Shown piece after piece: positions 58,623 through 64,000 of a DNA stretch of 64,000 bases. The notes under the pieces were generated by a model. It had not been told where the DNA came from. It saw nothing but the letters and a program-made list of their open reading frames with translations, and did not search any database. Position 1 is the stretch's first letter; each line of letters begins with the position of its first letter. The stretch comes from an uncultured virus (IMG/VR IMGVR_UViG_3300030107_004098) (Duplodnaviria; Heunggongvirae; Uroviricota; Caudoviricetes). The stretch lies in IMG/VR virus record IMGVR_UViG_3300030107_004098. One strand, given 5' to 3'. Both the position numbers and the translations under genes were made by a program.

Positions 58623-60705
58623 TAAATGGATGCCCAAATATAATGAATGTCGTTTATTATATCTAACAGCAAAAGAAGACCCAAAAACATATGGCGGTGA
58701 ATGGGCAAATCTAGTATCAGAAATAGAAGACCTGCTAACCGAGGATGAAAATTTTAAATCTATTATAGAATTAAGAATACCTCTTACTAGATTAAAACAA
58801 GCAAAGGATGTTACTACATCTCATGCTAAATTGGTATTAGATGTGTTGCAGGAAATAGCAAATACTCGTACTATACTAAAAGAAGACCAAACCAAATTAA
58901 ATACTTTCGTCATACCAAATAAACCAATGTATAGAATATTTGAAATTGACGATTTAAAAGAACTAAAAGGTTTTACCGGAGAATGGATTGTACAAGAAAA
59001 ATTCGACGGCCTACGTATTCAGATTCACAAATTAAAATCTGTTAAGATTTATTCATTTAATGGTAATGATATTACAGATAAATTTCCAAAACAAGTTAAA
59101 AGATTAGAGCAGGATGCTTTTCCTAAATGTATTTTAGATGCCGAAGCAGTTCTTTACAAAGATGATGAACCACTTCATAGGGCAGAAACTTTAGCCTATA
59201 TTAATAGAAAGGAAGGAAAGGCAGACATTAAAGTTCATGTATTTGATATACTTCGCCATCAAGGAGAAGACATTTATTTTAAAAAATTAGAAGAAAGAAT
59301 CATGACTTTATTTAAAGAATATTCTGCTCTTAGCGACGACCAAATACAATTTCCATCGAAGCGAGATACACGTTCTGCGGATTCATACGAGGAAATTGAA
59401 GATTATGCAAAAGAAATAATGGACAATCCTACAGCAGAAGGTGTTGTTATTAAGGATGCTAAGTCGTCATATATTGTTGGTAAAAAGAAAAATCCTAAGT
59501 GGGTTAAATGGAAAAAATTTGTAGATTTAGATTTAATAGTATTAGAAGCAAGAGAAAATAAAAACGGAACATATAGTTATACATTAGGTGCTGGACCAAT
59601 GGATGATGACGACCAATATACACCAGTAGTAGAACGTGAAGGTAAAAGATACTTAAAAGTCGGAAAGGCACTAAATACAACAGAAGAAGTAAAAGTAGGA
59701 GATATTATTAGAGTCAAGGTAGATGAGGTTCAATCAAACAAAAATGGGTTTTCTATTTATTCTGCTAAGTTTGTTGAGATACCCGAAGTAACAGAAGCGG
59801 AACGAATTATTACTCTTAAGTTCTTATCAGAAGGTAATAAAAAAATGCTATCAGAATATACTGTAGAAGCACTTAAGAAGTCATATGTTCTTACAGATAG
59901 TATTCATGGTGAGGCAATTATTAAGGGTTCTACGTCAATGGAAGGATTTATGTTTTACGGATTTGAGGATAATAATTTAATGGCTAAAAATGCTATGATA
60001 GATTTAGACCTATGGAAAGAAGAATTGGGTAATGTGTACCATAAAGACAGTGCTATGTTAATGACTTTAGTTAGTAATATGACTCAAGATAAATCATCTG
60101 TAACTGCAAAGGATATAATTAATCGTGCTAAAAATATGAATAACATATTATCTAGATTATTTAAATCTAAAGGCGAAGAACTAGAAAAAGATGTTACTAA
60201 CTTTATGCGAGAAAGAGGTAATGCTTATGGTATTTTATATGATAAAGCCTCTCGTAAGTTCTATAATGATGATAAAATAGAACTTAAAGAAGAACCAACC
60301 ACATTTGAATTATGGCGCAGAAAGGATAAAAATCTTAATTTTGTTATTAAGCACAAAGGCAAAGAATTAGTTTGGAGAATAGAACAAGAAGAAGATATTG
60401 ATTTGTATAACTTATTTGGTAAAGCAGATAAATTTTTAGCACAAATAGACGATTCTGCAGACAAAGTAAAAATTATATCTAAAGGTGGTGCTGTAATTGG
60501 AAGTCAACGAGACGGCTATCACGAATACATAATTGACTCAAAAATGTATGATGGGAAAATACACTTTAGGGTAGTGCCTATAGAAGACAGTAATAAATGG
60601 ATTGTTTGGACTGGGTATAAAACAAAACCCACAAGCAAAACTAGTGACGAAGGATTAGTAAATATCTACGACGATAAGTATAAAAAACTCAAGTTTTCTG
60701 ATTAA
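58579..60705 (+). CDS. second ATP-dependent DNA ligase-like protein in head module
   Basis: QEKFDGLR, ILDAEAV, VFDIL, EGVVIK, WVKWK, OB domain; extra C-terminal domains; start may be 58615 or 58627. Confidence 0.85.
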   Translation: MLYQKIPQEMLHMGNKWMPKYNECRLLYLTAKEDPKTYGGEWANLVSEIEDLLTEDENFKSIIELRIPLTRLKQAKDVTTSHAKLVLDVLQEIANTRTILKEDQTKLNTFVIPNKPMYRIFEIDDLKELKGFTGEWIVQEKFDGLRIQIHKLKSVKIYSFNGNDITDKFPKQVKRLEQDAFPKCILDAEAVLYKDDEPLHRAETLAYINRKEGKADIKVHVFDILRHQGEDIYFKKLEERIMTLFKEYSALSDDQIQFPSKRDTRSADSYEEIEDYAKEIMDNPTAEGVVIKDAKSSYIVGKKKNPKWVKWKKFVDLDLIVLEARENKNGTYSYTLGAGPMDDDDQYTPVVEREGKRYLKVGKALNTTEEVKVGDIIRVKVDEVQSNKNGFSIYSAKFVEIPEVTEAERIITLKFLSEGNKKMLSEYTVEALKKSYVLTDSIHGEAIIKGSTSMEGFMFYGFEDNNLMAKNAMIDLDLWKEELGNVYHKDSAMLMTLVSNMTQDKSSVTAKDIINRAKNMNNILSRLFKSKGEELEKDVTNFMRERGNAYGILYDKASRKFYNDDKIELKEEPTTFELWRRKDKNLNFVIKHKGKELVWRIEQEEDIDLYNLFGKADKFLAQIDDSADKVKIISKGGAVIGSQRDGYHEYIIDSKMYDGKIHFRVVPIEDSNKWIVWTGYKTKPTSKTSDEGLVNIYDDKYKKLKFSD

Positions 60706-60737
60706 CTTTATATAGTATATAGGATTAATCGTCAAAT

Positions 60738-61985
60738 ATGGCCTTAAGCACACATATGCTAGGGAGTCACTTTGGGGCCGGTAGTGAACTGGTCATTTTA
60801 AAGGCTAGAAATAACGAGCCTTTAGTTATTGCAGGTTACGCATCTGTTGATGTTGTAGATAAGCAAAACGATTTAATTACCTTAGATGCACTAAAAGATG
60901 CATCTGATAAGTTTATGAAAGGTGATTATAAAAATGTTATGATAACGCATTCCAATGTGCAAGTAGGAGAAGTGATAGATAATTGGACGGACTCAAAAGG
61001 TAATGTATTAAAAACACAAGTTGATGATACAGGACTTTTTGTAGTTATTAAACTTCGTGATGATATTGAAAAAGCGAGAGAAGTAGGACGTGAAATTCGT
61101 AGGGGGAATTTACGTTCTTTTAGTATCGGAGGTCAAGCCCTTCACAAGTCGAATAGATACGACCCCGATGTTGGAACATATAAAGAGATAGATAAGTTGG
61201 AGTTACACGAAGTAACGATTTGTGAAGAAGGCATAAACCCCGAAGCGAAATTTGATATTGTTAAAGAAAACAAAAGAGATGATAAAATGTCGGAAGAAAT
61301 TGCAAAAGCATTAGAAGAATTTAACGACGTTGTTGCAGCACTGCGCGACCAAGTTGAAATTAAGAAAGATGATTCTCTGGATGAAGCAACCATGATGGAT
61401 GATGAAGAAATGATGGAAGTAGCCGGAGATGAAGAAGAACTTATGATGGATAAAGCAGAAGATGAAGAATTAGAGATGTTAGATGACGAAGAAGAAAAGG
61501 CGGAGTCCTTGACTTACGGCCATAATGAAACTGGTCAGTCACGCATTGATGGTGCTTTAACTGGACGCTATAGTGGCGAATTTAAAAATTTCGTTACTCG
61601 AAAGTCGGACTCAATTTCGAGTTTGGACTTAAGCGAGGAAACCCTCGCAAAGGCTTATGAACAATTTAAGTTAGAAAAAGAAGAAGCCCGCGCTTATGAT
61701 GTGGTAAAGGACCAATTCGAGGCTCTATACCAACAGGAATTAAAAGCGGAAGCAGCAGATATTGCTAAGGCTAGTTATGATGCCGCCGCAGAAGTTGCTG
61801 CTCTTAAGAACGAATTTGCAGAATTACGCAAATCGCTAGAAAGTAATAACGCAGTTATTACAAAGCAAGTTGAAAAAGTTGCTGCTGGACCACAGTTAAG
61901 CGAAGAAATGTTGTTAAAGATGCAGAATGTCGGAGAACTATCATGGGAAGAAGTTAACGCTTTAGTCCGTGATTTGCAGGAGTGA
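60738..61985 (+). CDS. HK97-type prohead protease with fused scaffold
   Basis: IAGYAS..VDKQND, H, SFSIGG, LHEVT; acidic coiled-coil C-terminus; TTTATATA promoter at ~60707. Confidence 0.9.
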   Translation: MALSTHMLGSHFGAGSELVILKARNNEPLVIAGYASVDVVDKQNDLITLDALKDASDKFMKGDYKNVMITHSNVQVGEVIDNWTDSKGNVLKTQVDDTGLFVVIKLRDDIEKAREVGREIRRGNLRSFSIGGQALHKSNRYDPDVGTYKEIDKLELHEVTICEEGINPEAKFDIVKENKRDDKMSEEIAKALEEFNDVVAALRDQVEIKKDDSLDEATMMDDEEMMEVAGDEEELMMDKAEDEELEMLDDEEEKAESLTYGHNETGQSRIDGALTGRYSGEFKNFVTRKSDSISSLDLSEETLAKAYEQFKLEKEEARAYDVVKDQFEALYQQELKAEAADIAKASYDAAAEVAALKNEFAELRKSLESNNAVITKQVEKVAAGPQLSEEMLLKMQNVGELSWEEVNALVRDLQE

Positions 61986-61990
61986 TATAA

Positions 61991-63289
61991 ATGAGTGTAA
62001 ACACAATTAGAACAATTCAGGATTTAGAACGAGCAACCTACGGTAGTGTTGGTGGAATGCAGTTACTAAAGGGAGCAGGTATTGAATCAGGTATTCATTC
62101 TGCTCACGATGTAACTCTTCAATCTGCTTTTAACGGTAGTGGGCTTTACAACCATATTTACGGACAGAAAGTTTGGTCAATGCTTAACCGCGAAATTAAC
62201 GCATTAAGTATTTTACCTAAGAAACCTTGGTCTTCTTCCGGTTGGCGCATCTTAAAAGAGCGAGCAATTGGTGGCGGAGCAGATGTTTGGGCAACGACTG
62301 GTGGAACTGGTCATGGTTCTTTAACAGAAGGTGCAATTGGTGGTGTAGCAGAAAATGCAGCATTTACAACAAGTGCTACTGATGGATTAAGTCCATTGAA
62401 GCCTGTATATGATGTAATGTATGCTAGCCCAAAAACCGTTGCACATCAGTTCGAAATTTCAGAACTTGCTGCTGCTATGGCTAAGATTGACGATGGAATT
62501 GGCGATATTATGGCTGCTTACCGTGAAGAAATTGGTGTTTCTCACGCAGAAGTCATGAATCATATGGCTCTAATGCCTCTTGAATCCCAATTTAGTAGTT
62601 CTACACCAATTAGCGGAATTGCTAACAATCTAACATCATTGTATAAGATTGTTTCTAACTATGCAGAAATTGACGCTATGGACGGTGGAGTAATTATTAC
62701 TGGAACACAAACTGCTGCTGAAGAATTAATACGTCTTTATGGTCATGACCGAGCATCTTCTGGTGCTGATTGGCTAAACGCATATGTTGATTATGGTTCT
62801 TCATATGCTTCAAGGCGACCATTAACTCTTAATATCTTAAATACCGCATTACGCGAGTTGCAGATTCGTGGAGGTTCACCAAAGGTTATGCTAACAGGCT
62901 ATGATACTATTCAGGCTTTGGGTGAATTGCTACAATCTCAAGAACGATTTATGGGAAGAACAGAAATTGTTCCTACTCATAATGGTGTTCGTGGTGTTAA
63001 AGGTCGAGAAGTTGGATTCAAGGTAGCAACATACCATGATATTCCAATTATTCCTTGTAAGGAAATGGGAAGCACTGGCTCTGGAAGTGGTCTATCAGAT
63101 ATTATGATTCTTGATACAGACCATCTTTTCCTAAGTACTCTAAAACCCACTGAATATTTCGAGGGCGGTATTGACGCTGGCGACCCATTCGGTGTAGGCA
63201 AACTTGGAAACAGAGGACTTTACCGAACAATTGGTGAAATCGTTTGTACTTATTTCAAGGGTCAAGGTAAAATTACTAACCTACAGTGA
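61991..63289 (+). CDS. major capsid protein (HK97 fold)
   Basis: 432 aa directly after protease; P-domain-like VATYHDIPII, ILDTDHL. Confidence 0.88.
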   Translation: MSVNTIRTIQDLERATYGSVGGMQLLKGAGIESGIHSAHDVTLQSAFNGSGLYNHIYGQKVWSMLNREINALSILPKKPWSSSGWRILKERAIGGGADVWATTGGTGHGSLTEGAIGGVAENAAFTTSATDGLSPLKPVYDVMYASPKTVAHQFEISELAAAMAKIDDGIGDIMAAYREEIGVSHAEVMNHMALMPLESQFSSSTPISGIANNLTSLYKIVSNYAEIDAMDGGVIITGTQTAAEELIRLYGHDRASSGADWLNAYVDYGSSYASRRPLTLNILNTALRELQIRGGSPKVMLTGYDTIQALGELLQSQERFMGRTEIVPTHNGVRGVKGREVGFKVATYHDIPIIPCKEMGSTGSGSGLSDIMILDTDHLFLSTLKPTEYFEGGIDAGDPFGVGKLGNRGLYRTIGEIVCTYFKGQGKITNLQ

Positions 63290-63300
63290 GTGTGAAAAAG

Positions 63301-63861
63301 ATGACTAGCACAGTAACACTAATTAGTGACCATTTAGGTTCTGATAAACCATTTGTTATGGGTAATCAATACGTTGTAGACGCTGTTATTAACGTAACAG
63401 ATTTTGATGATGCAACAACTACTACGGGAAATTTTACTGCTTCGGCAAATACTTTTACCCGAACTAGTGGAACAGCATTACCAACAAATCTTATCGCTGG
63501 ACAGAATGTTATTATTACAAATGCAGTAGATGGTGGAAACAACACTACTGTAACATTTACGTCTTTAGCGGGTGAAGTGTTAACTCTAAGTGCTGTTGCG
63601 GCTGATGAAACAGGTGACGAGGTTACTCTCACTATGGACCAAGAAGTTATTGCTTATGCTGACTTCGGGTTATCATCAGTTTCGCAGGTTGAAATACTAG
63701 GACAAGAAAACCAATTACTAAATTGGTCAGTACAACTAGGAACTGACGGTAATACTCATATTACCGACTATTTAGTTCTAAGATGTATTACCTCTTCGAC
63801 TGGCGCACAAGCAACCGGTGATTGCGGAACTATTAGAGTTAGATTATACGGGCAGGTCTGA
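63301..63861 (+). CDS. putative virion structural/decoration protein
   Basis: Thr-rich beta protein right after MCP. Confidence 0.6.
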   Translation: MTSTVTLISDHLGSDKPFVMGNQYVVDAVINVTDFDDATTTTGNFTASANTFTRTSGTALPTNLIAGQNVIITNAVDGGNNTTVTFTSLAGEVLTLSAVAADETGDEVTLTMDQEVIAYADFGLSSVSQVEILGQENQLLNWSVQLGTDGNTHITDYLVLRCITSSTGAQATGDCGTIRVRLYGQV

Positions 63862-63871
63862 GGTGAATAAA

Positions 63872-64000
63872 ATGGTACGAGTAAGATACTTAAAGGGATT
63901 TTGCCGTGTTTACGGTAAAGCATTTTATCCTAATATGTGGACAGAAGTACCGGACGATTGGCTACCTCGGCTAAGTAATGATAAAGATTGGGAAATTGAA
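63872..64000 (+). CDS. hypothetical protein, runs off window end
   Basis: GAGGTGA RBS, ATG at 63872. Confidence 0.55.
   Translation, partial: MVRVRYLKGFCRVYGKAFYPNMWTEVPDDWLPRLSNDKDWEIE

Overview
AT-rich segment of a tailed archaeal dsDNA virus (HK97-type head). It is most consistent with a Marine Group II (Ca. Poseidoniales) 'magrovirus'-like genome. That is inferred from archaeal-type PolB, PCNA, TFB and histone, GGTGA ribosome-binding sites, TATA promoters and GCTDxxAxNY repeats; no database search was possible. Bases 1-28.6 kb are read on the minus strand: PolB, PCNA, RecA/Sak4-like ATPase, SSB-like protein, Cas4-like nuclease, ligase, class II RNR, histone, TFB, an E1/JAB/Ubl ubiquitin-like set, three tRNAs, a probable origin, and an array of promoter cassettes carrying a CCATATGG palindrome. 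Bases 28.9-64 kb are read on the plus strand: a long run of diverse accessory ORFs, then TerL, portal, a second ligase, prohead protease and major capsid protein. Four things stand out. (1) About 25 unrelated ORFs share an N-terminal M-x-W-x-x-I-L-K tag, a candidate capsid-targeting/protease-cleavage signal for a cargo of injected effectors. (2) A viral ubiquitin-like conjugation system sits next to a histone and TFB. (3) A ~600-nt ORF-free, structured, promoter-to-terminator unit looks like a large ncRNA. (4) Two families of small repeated RNA pseudoknots show compensatory changes.
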